NCBI RefSeq assembly: GCF_009914755.1
Contig: NC_060946.1
DNA: 64,000 bases
DNA from: the human T2T-CHM13v2.0 reference genome, Homo sapiens
Strand: one strand, 5' to 3'
Every line of letters starts with the position of its first letter. Position 1 is the first letter of the stretch. Under the pieces are notes generated by a model, which worked only from the letters and a program-made list of their open reading frames with translations, made no database searches and was not told where the DNA came from. The position numbers were made by a program, and so were the translations under genes. Positions 49,539 to 63,424 of the stretch are shown here, piece after piece.

Positions 49539-52054
49539 TTTGATTTCTATAGAGAAATAAACTTTACTCACATTTTCAGAGAATCCAGTTGGAATCTTCA
49601 AAGACTCCAATATCTGCTTAGAAGCTTCTTAGGTAAGTGAAGTTTGTTCTTTTTAAAAATCAGTAAGTCATTTCACTCACTAAGTATCCTCCCTATTTAA
49701 CATTTCATTTTGAAACAATTATAGATTTACATAAGAGTTTAAAAGATATTAAAAGTCCCCTGGGTTCGACCCGCCTGTCTCTGATCTCCCCACCACCGTC
49801 CACGGCTGGGTGGGCAGCAGCCAGCTCCAGGGGACTCCATGCCCTTCCTCCCCTCTACAAGACCCTCCCCAGCCCATGCCTCCTCCAGACCCTGGGGTCC
49901 CACCCCACCGGCAGGAGCAGCCCCTTTGGCCTCCCATGGGGCAGGGAGGGGCCACAGGCCTGGATGGTCCTGGCATTAGCCCCTTCCCTGAAGCTCATTC
50001 ACCTCATATGTGAATTATCATCAGACACATCAGTGCCGCCAATAACTCAAGAAACGCAGCCCCTTTTATGAGTCATTGTGTCAGCATTCACAAATAATCC
50101 GACCCTGCTTCTCACTGAAATAACGGCAGGCACGATAATTAGGGTCACCGCACGCTCGTCGCATCGTTACGATCCCCCCGTTCCAGCCACGCTCGTTACA
50201 GCCTGTGATTTATTTTGTTTATGCACAAAAACGTATTTCTGTGGAGAATTGCGACTTCTGTTTTGAGTATAACTACACACCATTTTAAACACACATATCA
50301 ATTACTTATATAAAATACTGAATTTTTCAAAAGACTCCCCAGGAGAGAAGAAGGGGTGCAGCCCAGGGGGAAGCTCAAGGACAGCCTGCGTTATTAGTGT
50401 TATTTATCATTATCCTTGTTCTTATCCTTAGCAAGCAGTGAAGTCCTGAAAAGGGGCAGGCAGAGTGGCCTCCAGGTCACCGAGCCGAGGGAAGGGGTCG
50501 CCTGGTCTGAGTGAGGCCAGATTTTTCCCAGTGCCTGGCCTGCTACGGGGCTGGGTCCTGAACAGGTGAATAAACGGCGCAACTCCATCCAGGTTTGTAC
50601 CCACGTGCCCCGTGTGGCCAGCGGGGCCTGCTTTCCTTCTCAAAAGGGCCCTGCTGGCCCCTAACTTCTATACACACCCTACGGATAGGGCCGTGAGCTG
50701 TGCAGGGTCTGAATGACCACAGGGCGTCCCGGGAATCACAGTCGCTGGGTGAGAAAGTGGCCGCAGTACCCGGGTGCAAGGCAGGGAATGGTGCAGACTG
50801 CCCGGCGGGCCGAGCTGTGAGGGTCCGGCATGTGGGGTGAGGGCTGAGACGGCTTCCCCTGTGGCCTCTGGGCAGCCAGGACACCTCCCGACAGCCGTGC
50901 CCGCCTCCTCCCGCCAGACCGGGGTTCACATAGAGAAAGACGCAGCTCCAGGCCCAAGCAGCCCGCAGCCCCCGGCTTCCAGACAGCTTATTTGTCTTGA
51001 TTATCTCTGCTGCTGCCCCCAGCCCAGCCTCATTTCCGGTAGGTACTGGAGGCCAGATAAGGGTTTGCGGGAAAATAATCAGCAAGAACAGCTTCCCCCA
51101 GCCCAGCCGGGCCTCAGCACCTCAGCCCCACTCAGGGCTCCCCACCCCAGCCCCAGGGGCCTGCTTTGGGGCCACTCCCGGTCCTGGGAGAGGGAGGTGC
51201 CTGCTGGGAGACAGCATGCCAAGGGACCCAGGCCCCTGAGATGCCCATAGCAGGAAGCGGCGCAGACACGGGGGCAACAGGCAGCGTGGGTCTGGCGGGG
51301 CTGGTCTAGGGTGGATCTGGGCAGAGCTCCTACCTGCGGGGCCCACGTAGACTCCTGTGAAGACGAAAGTTCCATGAGTGCGTCCTCAATACAGCTCCAG
51401 GCCTGAGACACCCTTGCCCCATCGCCTTACAGCCCTTCCAGCGCGGGCGCCGTTGCATGCTCCACCCATGCTGCACAGGTGGCCAAGGGGCTCCTTGTTC
51501 TGCGGACTCCCCTTCCAGCTCAGGCACCAGCCAGGTGCTGGGGTCGCTAAGGGGGATGGAGGAGGCATTCGTCACCTTCCTTTTGGGGTGCGGGGCAGGC
51601 CCCAGCTCCAGCTGTGGCGGCCCCCCAGGGAGGGGGGTTTTCTGCCCAGAGCCCCCAGGAGAACCACGAGGAGGACGGGAGTGTGTGGGGCAAGGGGCCC
51701 CCTAGCCCAGGCAGTGGAGAGAGGCCAAGAAGGCGGAGGGGAGTGAGGAGGGGCCGCTTCGTTCTCCTAATGACAAACCTGGCTCAGCGCAGGCACCTGA
51801 AAGCGATTGGCAATCAATACTCACTCACCGAAGGCTTATCTGGATTAAGGTGGTTTCTTTTCCCTTTTGAGATTTTGCATCCCTTTAGATCTCTTTTTTC
51901 TCTTTTGCCTACTTGGGTGTATTTTCTGAATTGTTTAAGTAGTTTGCTGATGAACACCACTGCCTTAATTTCAAGCAACAAGCAGAATCCAACCTGCTAA
52001 CTGATAAGGAGGCCACACAGGGAACCAGCCCTGGATGTGCAGGACACAGGGGCG

Positions 52055-52182
52055 GCTCTGCCCAAGGGGAGCCGCCAGCACCCCTCATGTCTCTTCCTGC
52101 ACCTGCATGGGAGGGGCCGCTCTGCCCGAGGGGAGGGGCCAGCACCCCTCGTGTCTCTTCCTGCACCTGCATGGGAGGGGCC
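52055..52182. repeat. Two-copy ~64-bp tandem duplication
   Basis: GCCAGCACCCCTCRTGTCTCTTCCTGCACCTGCATGGGAGGGGCC occurs twice. Confidence 0.9.
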
Positions 52183-52519
52183 CCCTCAGAGCTGGGCGCA
52201 GGCACTGGCGCCGGCATGGCAGCTCGGCCTCAAGCTCCCCACAGCCTCCACTCAGAGCACTCGCTGGCTCACAGCCCAGGAGATCTAAAAACTCAGGGAG
52301 AAAATGGGGGAAACAGAAGACAGACAAGCATGGAACCTCGCAGGGGAAAGATTTTGCTCAGCTGAGAAACAGCAACAAAATTGCCGAAGCTGAGACGGAG
52401 AAAGGGGAAACCATCACGCCAGCATGAGGCGAGAGCCGCACACGTGGACCAGGCGCAGGTGACGCATGTCGCCTCCAGGTGCGCAGCTCCGGGGCTGTCC
52501 CAGAAGATCAGGTGGGGAG

Positions 52520-52884
52520 CATTCGGTACCATTCCTGGAAACACTGGAGACTCTAAATCACATGTGTGTATGTGCCCATTAACCCACCTTTCAAAATAAC
52601 TAATCCAAAGCATAAGATAAGAATCCTTATGCTCAAAGATATTTGTTGCAGTCTCATTCATGAGATAAAAATTCACAAACAGCTTCAGTGTCCATCAATA
52701 AGGAAATAGGAAAATTACTATATATCCATCTGCCCAATGAAATAGGCACAGATGGGATCCTAGAGTGGATAAAATAGCATAGACACTATGCTATGTTATC
52801 ACTATTTACATAGTGTATATGTAAATACACTTTATTTACAATAAAGTGTACATTTAAAATTACAATGTCTTTAAAACATGATTA

Positions 52885-52920
<36 letters not shown>

Positions 52921-53070
52921 CCCATAGAGGAAAAAAACCCATTCGACTGAAATAGACCAAACTATAACAGAAGTCATCTTTGGTCAATGGATCTAAAGAT
53001 GATTTTTTAATTTTTTCTAAGTTCAAGTGTTTCACAAATTATTTTAAATAAGCACACATTACCTTTATAA
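52520..53070 (+). mobile_element. L1ME-type 3' end with a (TG)n microsatellite at ~52889-52916
   Basis: ATGCTCAAAGATATTTGTTGCAGTCTCATT and AGTGTCCATCAATAAGGAAATAGG. Confidence 0.6.
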
Positions 53071-53360
53071 TATGGTAATGTACGTATTGATAAGTATAAT
53101 GATAAGTATTCTAAGATCCAGGATATTTATTCTTCCGATGTGTTTGAAGAGCACAAGGGAGAAACCTGTTTCCCTTCCTCTTTGGGCCGAGGCTCCCTGG
53201 GCCGTGCAAGGCTCTGTGGAAGGGGAGCCCTGCCCCCGTCTGTCCCGGATGTGGCCCCTGGAATTTGGTGGCTCCAGGAAATAGGAGCTGAATGAACGAA
53301 TGTTTTATTGAGTGCCTGCTGGAGCCAGGCCTTGTTAGATTGAGATATACTATTAACTAA

Positions 53361-53667
<307 letters not shown>

Positions 53668-54009
53668 TTAACAAATCTATCAGCTAAGTCTGCAGGTGCA
53701 AGCCCCGCTAGGATAGATGACACCAAAAGAATAAATCCGATGGATCACGTGTGAAATATTGTATGTGCAAGACAAATCATTTGAACTACCAAAATAAGTC
53801 AGAAGTACTCTACAAAAGCAGCTTAAAAAGTTCTTAGATGGCCCTGCTGGGCCAGCTTCTCCAGGCCTCTGGTGATTCTGGGGCCACCCAAGTCCACATT
53901 GCCTCAACCATCTGGTGGCACCTGGACCAAGCCAGGGCCCGAGCCTGGCAGAGGAAGCAGGTCCTGTTTGCGTCTCAGAGTCAGAATGTCCTTCTCCATG
54001 AGACACTCA

Positions 54010-54145
54010 CACCCTGTCCCAGCTAATTTTTGAATTTTTAGTAGAGACAAGGTTTCTCCATGATGGTCAGGCTGACCTCAGGCGATCTGCCCACCTCAGC
54101 CTCCCAAAGTGCTGGGATTACAGGCGTGAGCCACCATGCGCAGCC
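54010..54145 (-). mobile_element. Alu left-arm fragment
   Basis: CAGCTAATTTTT...CCTCAGCCTCCCAAAGTGCTGGGATTACAGGCGTGAGCCACC. Confidence 0.88.
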
Positions 54146-54460
54146 AACACACTCTTAATTTTATTTTAGCTAGTACAGATAACATAACCAAGGGACTGAC
54201 TGTTTTGCTTTTTTTATTACTTTGCATTTCCTTATGTATCCAGCAAACCAGCTCCCCAGGAGTTGGATCCATCTTTAAATTCCACTGGTAACTTTCACCT
54301 TTGGTAGCTGAGCCCAGACCACCTGCAGCTCCATACCAGGGGTGACCATGTGGCCACCTAGGAATCAAAGTTCCTCAACCCCCACCCTTTTATCCTTTCT
54401 CTTCCCAAACCCATGTTTCTATGAGCCAGGCCCTTCTAGCAAATCCCACTTCTGATACCA
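54146..54460 (-). mobile_element. ERV internal 5' region: tRNA-Leu primer-binding site and gag-like start
   Basis: Reverse of 54441-54460 is TGGTATCAGAAGTGGGATTT (Leu-type PBS), directly after the LTR. The downstream frame WPHGHPWY...QWNLKMDPTPGELVCWIHKEMQ resembles class III ERV gag starts. Confidence 0.65.
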
Positions 54461-54462
54461 AT

Positions 54463-55327
54463 TCCGTAGAAAAAAACAAAACTGTTTTTCCTCTGCTGTC
54501 ATCCCACATCCATCAATACAGAAGAATTCTGTGACCTCTGGAGTCACAGAGGTCAGGGGTGGGTTGTCCCCACCAACAACCAATCAATTGCCTCTGTAGT
54601 GGACGGTAGCTGAGTGTCCCCTAATTCAATTCAGCTCTGATACTGTCTACCTGGAGATAGCATCAGAGCCCACAGCTTGAGGGCTCAGTCCCACAAGAAT
54701 CTCCCTAATTTCAATGCCAGTTACAAGCCCTGGGTTGTTTTGCTTGTGCTTCTGACTAAAAGGCTGTAAATCAAGGTTCCCAAATCCCCTCCTTGGGTTA
54801 ATAAAATTAATAAAATTTTCTAGAGGGGCTCACAGAACTCAGGGAAACAGTTAGTTACATTTCCTGGTTTATTATAAAGGATATTACAAAGGACACAGAT
54901 GAAGAAATGCATAGGGTGAGTTATGGAGGAAGGGGTGTGGAGCTTCCATATCCTCCCTGGCCACATCACCTTCCAGGAACCTTCATGTGTTCAGCTGTCC
55001 AGAAACTCCCAGAACCTGTCCTTTTGGGTTTTTATGAAGGCTTCATTATGTAGGCATGATTGGTTAAATCACTGGCCATTGGTGATTAGCTCAACTTCAG
55101 CCCCTCCCCTTCCCACAGATTGGAGGTTTGCTGATAGTCCCAACCTCTCATCCTGCCTTGGTCTCTCCAGTCACCAGCCCCCATCCTGAAGCCACCTAGG
55201 GGATGCCAGCCATCTGTCAACTCATTAACATACAAAAACACACTCATCGCTTTCGAGAGTCCAAGGATTTTAGGACTTATAGGCAGGAAACTAGGTGAAG
55301 ATCAAATACATATTTCATGGTATCACA
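54463..55327 (-). mobile_element. MER21 (A/B) LTR
   Basis: Reverse start TGTGATACCATGAAATATGTATTTG...CCTAAAATCCTTGGA...GCTTCAGGATGGGGGCTGGT...CATAAAAACCCAAAAGGACAGG matches MER21. Confidence 0.88.
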
Positions 55328-56014
55328 GCCTGGAAATAAGGGAATGATTTCCTGGAGGAAGAATCAGACAATTTGAACTTGGAGGTACCATGAGGCAAAA
55401 ATACCCCTGGGAGCTGCCCATGCAGCCTTCAGCAGGGTCAGCACCACCACCCACACCCCACTGTCCTGCCCAGGCCCTGAGCCCATGCTTTCCCAGGGGA
55501 ATAAAGGTGTTCCCCTAGGACTCAGACCCGAGTCCAAACTGCAGTGCTCCCTTTTCTTTTCCAGGATTTGCAAAGAAAAGAAGGGCTTACCCTCACCAGC
55601 TGCTACTGGAATAAGAGGTGTCCGGTTGTCCCTAGTGGGAGGAGGGATACCTGTCCCCAGAAGAGCCCAAGTGCCCAGTAAGAATGGCCATCTCAGTAGG
55701 CATTGGGTTGGCCAGTCCTTGCCCTGGAGCTGTCCTTGCTGCTACCTCCTTCCAAGGGAAGCCAGGAAGGGGCTGGGCTGACCCCACATTTGCACAGTTT
55801 CCCAATCATATGGTACAATTATTCTTTCACTCACAGGGAAATTAGGCAGAGGCCTGAAATCAGGCATCGACTGGACCTCAGTAAGCTGCCATTAAGAATA
55901 ACCAGGTAAAGAACTAAGGTCATAGATCCTTAGGAAGGAATAGAAGAGCCTGGGAGTGATGACGTATCCCCAACAGCACACTTTGGACTAAGCGGGGTCA
56001 TTTCTCTGGTTACA

Positions 56015-56520
56015 AACCTATTATTTAAAATGTCATGCCAATGAATTCGAAAATTTACATGCAATGGAAAATGTCCTAGATAACTCACCAAAACTGACAT
56101 AAGAAGAAAAAGAAAATGTAAGCAGCCCTATATCTATCTATTAAATACATTGTATCACATTTAAAACCTTTCCGCAAAGAAAACTGTAGCCCCAAGGGAT
56201 TTCACCACTGAATTCTGCCAAATATTTAAGGAAGAAAATGCTGATTATATCCAAACTCTTACAGAGAATTGTAGAAGCATGAAAATGCCCCAACTCATTT
56301 TTGAACCCAGCATGTCACTGATACTTAAGTAAGACTAAGAAATTACAAGAAAATTGAAATAAAGGCCAATCTTCCTCATGAACTTGGATGAAAACTCCAC
56401 AGCAAAATATTAGCAAACCAGACCTACTAACATAGACAAAAAGGAATGTATCACAAATACATCTGGAAGTGTGTTCACCTGGGAATGCAAGGTTGATTTA
56501 ACATTTAAAAATCAATCCGT
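56015..56520 (+). mobile_element. L1M ORF2 fragment
   Basis: ATTTCACCACTGAATTCTGCCAAATATTTAAGGAAGAA (FTxEFYQxFKEE) and GGGAATGCAAGGTTGATTTAACATT (GMQGWFNI). Confidence 0.85.
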
Positions 56521-57244
56521 GGGATCTGTCACATTAATGCTGAGCTGAGGGGTTCACCACATGAAAAGATTCCCAGATGAAAACACTCCTTGCCTCCCAC
56601 TCTGTTGACAGATGCTGATGGCAGTCAACCAGCCAAAGACCTGTGGAGAAGCAAGGTGGAAACTGGTGGGCTTGGCTGATTGGGAAAAGAAATGACCAGA
56701 GGAAGAAGAAAGGAGACAAGGAGGAGGCATTCTCTAAATCTCAGGAAAGCTCCCAAATGCTTCCCGAGCCAGGAACCCAAGACCCACACCTCCCACCACA
56801 GGCATTGGTCCCCAAGCCCCCCATCTCCTCAGCAGCAATATTACCCTTAAAGCCCAAATGCAATCAGGTTACTTCCCAATTGAGTGAAACTTAATTGCAG
56901 AGGATGAACCCAAAATCCTACTGGGCATCCAAGACCCTTGGCAAAACGGCACTACACTGCCCTCCAGAGTTATCCACGTGTCTACCTGTGAACCCTCGAC
57001 CCCCGAGCACTCATGTCTTTGGGAACTTTGATCACACACACCCACCTCTCATGCTCCTGCCTCACCCGACACCCACATATTTCTCTTCTGAGCCACGACC
57101 AGTCCCACCCTCCCTGGGTGCCCCTGTATGTCCACCCTCCTATGTTGGGTCCTGCTGTGTCCCAGCACCTGTTCCCAGGCCAGCTCTTGCTCCAGTCCTG
57201 GCACCACGCCTCGGTTGTTCATCCCCAGTGCTGGGCACATACGT

Positions 57245-57450
57245 GATGGCTTCGTCCGTTTGGGCCACGGCAGCGAACTACCATAACTTATAAACAGCAG
57301 GCATTCACTACTCACAGCTCTGGAAGCTGGGAGTCCAAGAACAGCTCTGGAGGCTGGCAGGCTCTGTGTGGTGGGGACCCACTTCCTGGCTCATAGATGG
57401 CATCTTCTTACTGTGTCTTCCTGTGGTGGAAGGGATGAGGCTCCCTGGAG
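57245..57450 (-). mobile_element. MaLR LTR fragment (MLT1A0/MSTD-like)
   Basis: CTTATAAACAGCAG...CTCACAGCTCTGGAAGCTGGGAGTCCAAGA...CTTCCTGGCTCATAGATGGCATCTTCT. Confidence 0.75.
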
Positions 57451-58495
57451 AAATGGTTGATTGCAGGCCTGGGGTAGGATACAGACCTGGCACCTTGAAC
57501 ATCTTGTTATAGCAGAGAGAAAAGAAGCCTTCAGAGCTGCGTCACATCAAAAGGATTCAAGAGTCAATTCTGTAAAATCCGCTAGTTCAAAACAATAAGA
57601 AAGAAACCCCACTGTTCCTAGTTTTTTGAAAACCAGTAAATAAAAGGAAGAATCAAGCCCTAACCTCACTTTCCTACACAAATGATATCTTGAAGTAGTC
57701 AAGTGGTCAAGGAGGAAAAGTGTCTCCTAAGAGAAGAATTCCAGCCCTGCGTGGGGAAGGAACAGTGGAATTAAAGCTCACACCTTTGCAAACTCCAGTG
57801 GCAACGGTGGGTCTGGACACTGACCGTCAACAGTGGTCACGTGGCCAAGGGCCTGCCGGACACTGAGTGCACCCTGATGAAGAGCACAGGACTGCCGTGG
57901 GCCATGCTGCTCACCAAAAAAGCCCAGCAGGCCCACGATCTGACTGTAACCTCACAGGGAATTCAGGGCAGAAGAAGGCATCTGAAATCAGCATCACAGA
58001 ACACAACCAGCAAAATCCTAAATGTAGAGAAATCAGCAGGCCCAGCGACACGGCCTCTTCAACATGTTCCAGGGAAAAAGGAAGGAAGAGAGCCATTTCC
58101 ACAGGACTCTGAGACACACCCAAGACCCACCTGCCAAGGCAGCCCAAGGCCAGGTTTGGGCCCTGACCGAACAAAGCAGAACATGAGATGGGAGATGGCT
58201 GGGGAAATGTGGACACTGACCAGATATTTGTTGATATGAAGAAATTGTGGGCAACTTTTAGATGTGGGAGTGATATTGTGGTTACTTTTAAAAAGGAGTT
58301 TTTGTCTTTTGGAGATACAAACTGGAATGCCTCATCCATGAAATGCTGAGATTTGGTGCTTCCCTGATGTTCCAACAAAAGGAGCTCTGAAATGAGAGCG
58401 TCCTAAGGCCCTGCCAGAGGGAGACGGGTATAGCGGATGATGGTCTAATGCTTTTTCTAAATATGTTTGAAGTTTTTTATAATAAAAGGCTCTTT
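57450..58495 (+). mobile_element. L1MC/ME-type 3' region
   Basis: GAACATCTTGTTATAGCAGAGAG, GGAAATGTGGACACTGACCAGATATTTGTTGATATGAAG and TATGTTTGAAGTTTTTTATAATAAAA. Confidence 0.65.
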
Positions 58496-59637
58496 TTATA
58501 CAAATCCCCGGGAGAGGCTCAAACCGGCCCAGCTGGGATCCGGGGCCCTCTTGGCCCACCCTCTGTGGCCAGGGAGAACACAGGTGAGCCCGGCCCGCCC
58601 GCAGACAGGCTGGCCCCAGAGCCGGGCCAGGCTGGGCCTGAAGTCAGCACCACGGACAGCTCTGGCCGGGCAGCGAGGAGGAGCCCCTTTCGCGTGGAGG
58701 CCGCGGCTCCCAGGCCAGCTCCAGCCTTCCCAAACCAGAGTTTTCTCAAGCTCGGGATTCTAAAAGCATTTATGGGGAGACACAGTCCCCTATTTGAATA
58801 ACATGGTCAGAAGGGCTTTTCCCAGAGAGCGGTTGAGGCGGGGCACGGCTCAGAACAGCAACATGGTGGCCACCGTGGCAAGACCCAGTGGGCTCTGAGC
58901 TGTGGCTGGGGCCAGGGCTTTGCCTCGACTGTCCTGAGGGAGGAATTCAGAAAGCTCACTTCCTAACTGAGCTCGTTTCTAATCCTCATGGATACCAAGA
59001 GCTGCTTCCACTAAAGCCCCCCTCTTCCTCCACGGGTCACCTGTCACCTCTTTAGTTTCCTCCTCCCAGAGGCCTCTGACACAAAGACAGGGCTCCAAAA
59101 CCAGGACTGAGGCAGCTGCCAGCTCCAGGCTGGGCTCTGGGTCTAGTCTACAGCAGGAGGCTCAGGATGTCTGAGTTAAGGGCCGGAACCTCGAGGCAAT
59201 ATTGATTATGCATCTTTATCACACAAAATCAAATTCCCTCCGCAGAGAGCTTGAATTGCTGGGAAGAGCAGCAGAGTCAACACAACAATCACACACCCCT
59301 GTCCTCGGCGCAGAATTGGAGATTGTATATATTTATTTGGAAAAGGCCTGGGCTACTTGTGGCATCCTGCCAAGACAATTTGAAAGGTATCAACAGTTTA
59401 AATGACATTTTCACCTTCAGCAAATACATCTCTGCCTGCTCGGAATGCGACGCTATCCTGCCCCGGCAATCTATGATACAGTCGCGTCAGAAATAGGTGT
59501 CAGCTCTCATTACATTCCCGAGGATAAATCCCACTTATCAGGGCCTGCAGAGTCCCAGGCCTCCTGACATCCCATTTCAGACAGCAGCCTCCCACCCCCG
59601 CCCCTCCTCTCCCTAAGAGATGCCGTCGGAGTTTTCA

Positions 59638-59750
59638 ATCGCTGAACTTCTGCTGGATGGGAGGAGACGGGCAGGCATCGCTGAGCTCCTGCTGGATAGG
59701 AGAAGACGGGCAGGCATCGCTGAGCTCCTGCTGGATGGGAGAAGATGGAG
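59638..59750. repeat. Minisatellite, 39 bp x 3
   Basis: ATCGCTGAGCTCCTGCTGGATRGGAGAAGACGGGCAGGC at 59638, 59677 and 59716. Confidence 0.92.
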
Positions 59751-60180
59751 AGGCAGCCTGAGATTTTCGGGGCATGGTGGACAGGACGCCCTGTGTTATC
59801 AAAGACACCTTGGGTGATCAAGCCCCCGGGCCTGTCTGCTCCCTTGCTGGAAAGTTTTCTATTGTCAAAAAGAAAGACTCTGTTGCTCAGAGGCATGGGT
59901 CTTCGGTCATAGTCTCAGCTACCCAGAAGGGCGTCCTCCCTAATCCCAGGGGCAATGAACTAAGAAGCACAGGGAGCTGTGGAGTCACGGAGCCCCCAGG
60001 GAGCAAGAGGAGCAGGAGAGCGTGGCCGGTGGAATCCTGAGAGTCAGACTTTGCAAACAGAGGAAAGTCTGCAGGGGAAGAAGAGGGTGTGTGTTTGCAA
60101 AGGTCTCAGAGAAGATCGATCAAATTTTAAATCTCTATCCAATTAATAACAGAAAAAGAGAGAGGAAACAAATAACCAAC

Positions 60181-60285
60181 ACTGTGGGAGGCTGAGGTGG
60201 GAGGATCGCTTGAGCCCAGGAGTTCAAGACCAGCCTAGGCAACATACTGAAATCCTGTCTTTAAAAAAGTAAATAAAAATAAATT
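60181..60285 (+). mobile_element. FLAM/AluJ left monomer fragment
   Basis: GGGAGGCTGAGGTGGGAGGATCGCTTGAGCCCAGGAGTTCAAGACCAGCC plus an A-rich tail. Confidence 0.85.
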
Positions 60286-60289
60286 CATA

Positions 60290-61566
<1,277 letters not shown>

Positions 61567-61589
61567 CCAGACTCGACTCCCCACTGGGC

Positions 61590-61765
61590 ACAGGGCATCA
61601 GCAGCGTCCAGGATGCTTTGGGGACCCATGAAAATGTTTTCGTTTCTTTTAAAATGTGGGGGAGTGTGACCTTGTAGATTCAAAGCAAGTATTTTAGTTT
61701 TTTCTCACACTGGAAAACAAAACGAAAATTTTAGCACCCATGAAAACCTATTGAATTCTGCCTAT
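61590..61765. mobile_element. Possible hAT-Tip100 (ORSL-like) DNA transposon remnant
   Basis: GGGGACCCATGAAAATGTTTTCGTTTCTTTTAAAAT resembles the recalled ORSL consensus. Confidence 0.4.
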
Positions 61766-62214
61766 AATGGAAAAAAAAACAAGTCAAAAGATTTAGCTAT
61801 GTCCAAAGTAACTTTTACTATTGACATTATTCTGACGCAAGGAGCCCACAGTGGCCAAAGCACCATGGGTGGTGAGTCACACTGCAGCCCTAGGAGAGGC
61901 TGTTCTGTGTTCTGTGTTTTCAGGATTCTAGCTCAGAATGTGTGGTTTCATGAGCAGGGTCAGCCCCACAGGGGAGGCCAGTGCACCCCCGCACTGGCGG
62001 TGAAGGGTGGCCTGTGTCATTGGGGTCCTCAGGCTCCTGCCAGCACCCACAGCCCAGCCTCACCTGAAGGTGGTCCCAGACTACTTGCAGCCCTCATCCC
62101 CAAGTCTTGGAGAGGAGAGGCCAGCACATCTCAGAGCCGGTTTGGGAGAAAGGCGCTTCGAATCCGACGTTTTATTTTCCCAGGTGTTTGAGTAGTCGTC
62201 AGTTTCTGCTTGCT

Positions 62215-62394
62215 TGCTTTTGTTTTGGTTTTGTTATTTGTTTTTTAGAGACAGGGTCTCGCTCTGTTGCCCAGGCTGCAGTGCAGTGTCTCAGTCATGG
62301 CTTCCCGCAGCCTCCACCTCCTGGGCTTAATCGATCCTCCCATCTCAGCCTTGTGAGTAGCTGGGACCACAGTCACACACCACCATGCCTGGCC
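62215..62394 (-). mobile_element. Alu monomer (AluJ right arm/FRAM)
   Basis: T-rich tail followed by GAGACAGGGTCTCGCTCTGTTGCCCAGGCTG. Confidence 0.85.
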
Positions 62395-63424
62395 ATCAGC
62401 TTTCTGATTTTATCAGAGAATTGACCTGTAAAGGGAAGGAAGCGGCACCTGTGGTTTAGGAAAAGACACCACCACATAGGTTGCCAGATGCCATCCGCAC
62501 CATCTGCCCTGAGGGCCCCCAGCAGAGACTGGATCCCACTGGGACCCGGTTAAACGTCCGCATGAAATACATCAGGCTCTGTCAGGCCCTGGTCCTCTCT
62601 GCACTCACAGAGATGGGCCTGAATCCATTGACATTCACGTCTCCTTTACTGAGTCTCCTGGAACAGCCCACCTTCCTCCTCCCAGAAGCCTCTGATTTCC
62701 TCCCTCGCTGCTGCTGGTGCTGCAAACCTGGTGCATGCCTGAGTCCCCGTCCTCGGCGCACCTGCTGCTCTGGAAAGGCTCTCTGTGAATGGTAGACACT
62801 CTGGGCTCCCTCGCTGGGCTCCCAGGACCTTTGGGGAGGAAGACGTGAGTCTGCAGCAGCATCTCAGGACAGGAGAGGGGAGGGGAGCGCTCCAGGGGTG
62901 GGGCCACGCTGCTTTGTGATGCTTCCCATTGCCAAGCCCTGCCCCCCGGCTCTTTCTCCCCAGCGCCAGACCAGCCCCAGCACAGAACCCTTGTTCTGGG
63001 CAGGTTCAGAGGAGCATCCGGCCCAGGGAAGAGGAAGCCCAGGCAGGTGGGGCCCAGCAGCCCCAAGTGGCCAGATCTAGGACGATGGCAGGGGCCTAGG
63101 ACAGAAGAACACGAAGACCCAGGGTCAGGAAGGGAGGGCCAGCGATGCCACCTGAGCGGGCATGCGACCAGACCAGACACAGGAACGAGGGCTCTGGGCA
63201 GGTGCCAGAGTGGGCAGGAGCCACACACACTTAAATCCACCCACTTCACACAGAGACACTTATGCACATGCATGTATGACACATGCCACACACACACCAC
63301 ACAGGCATGCATGCAATATGACACGTCTACACACACACACACGCCAGGGCACACATGCACACAACTTAGGCACACATCACCCACGAGGACATGCGGTATA
63401 CGTGTTCACACCACACAAGACATA

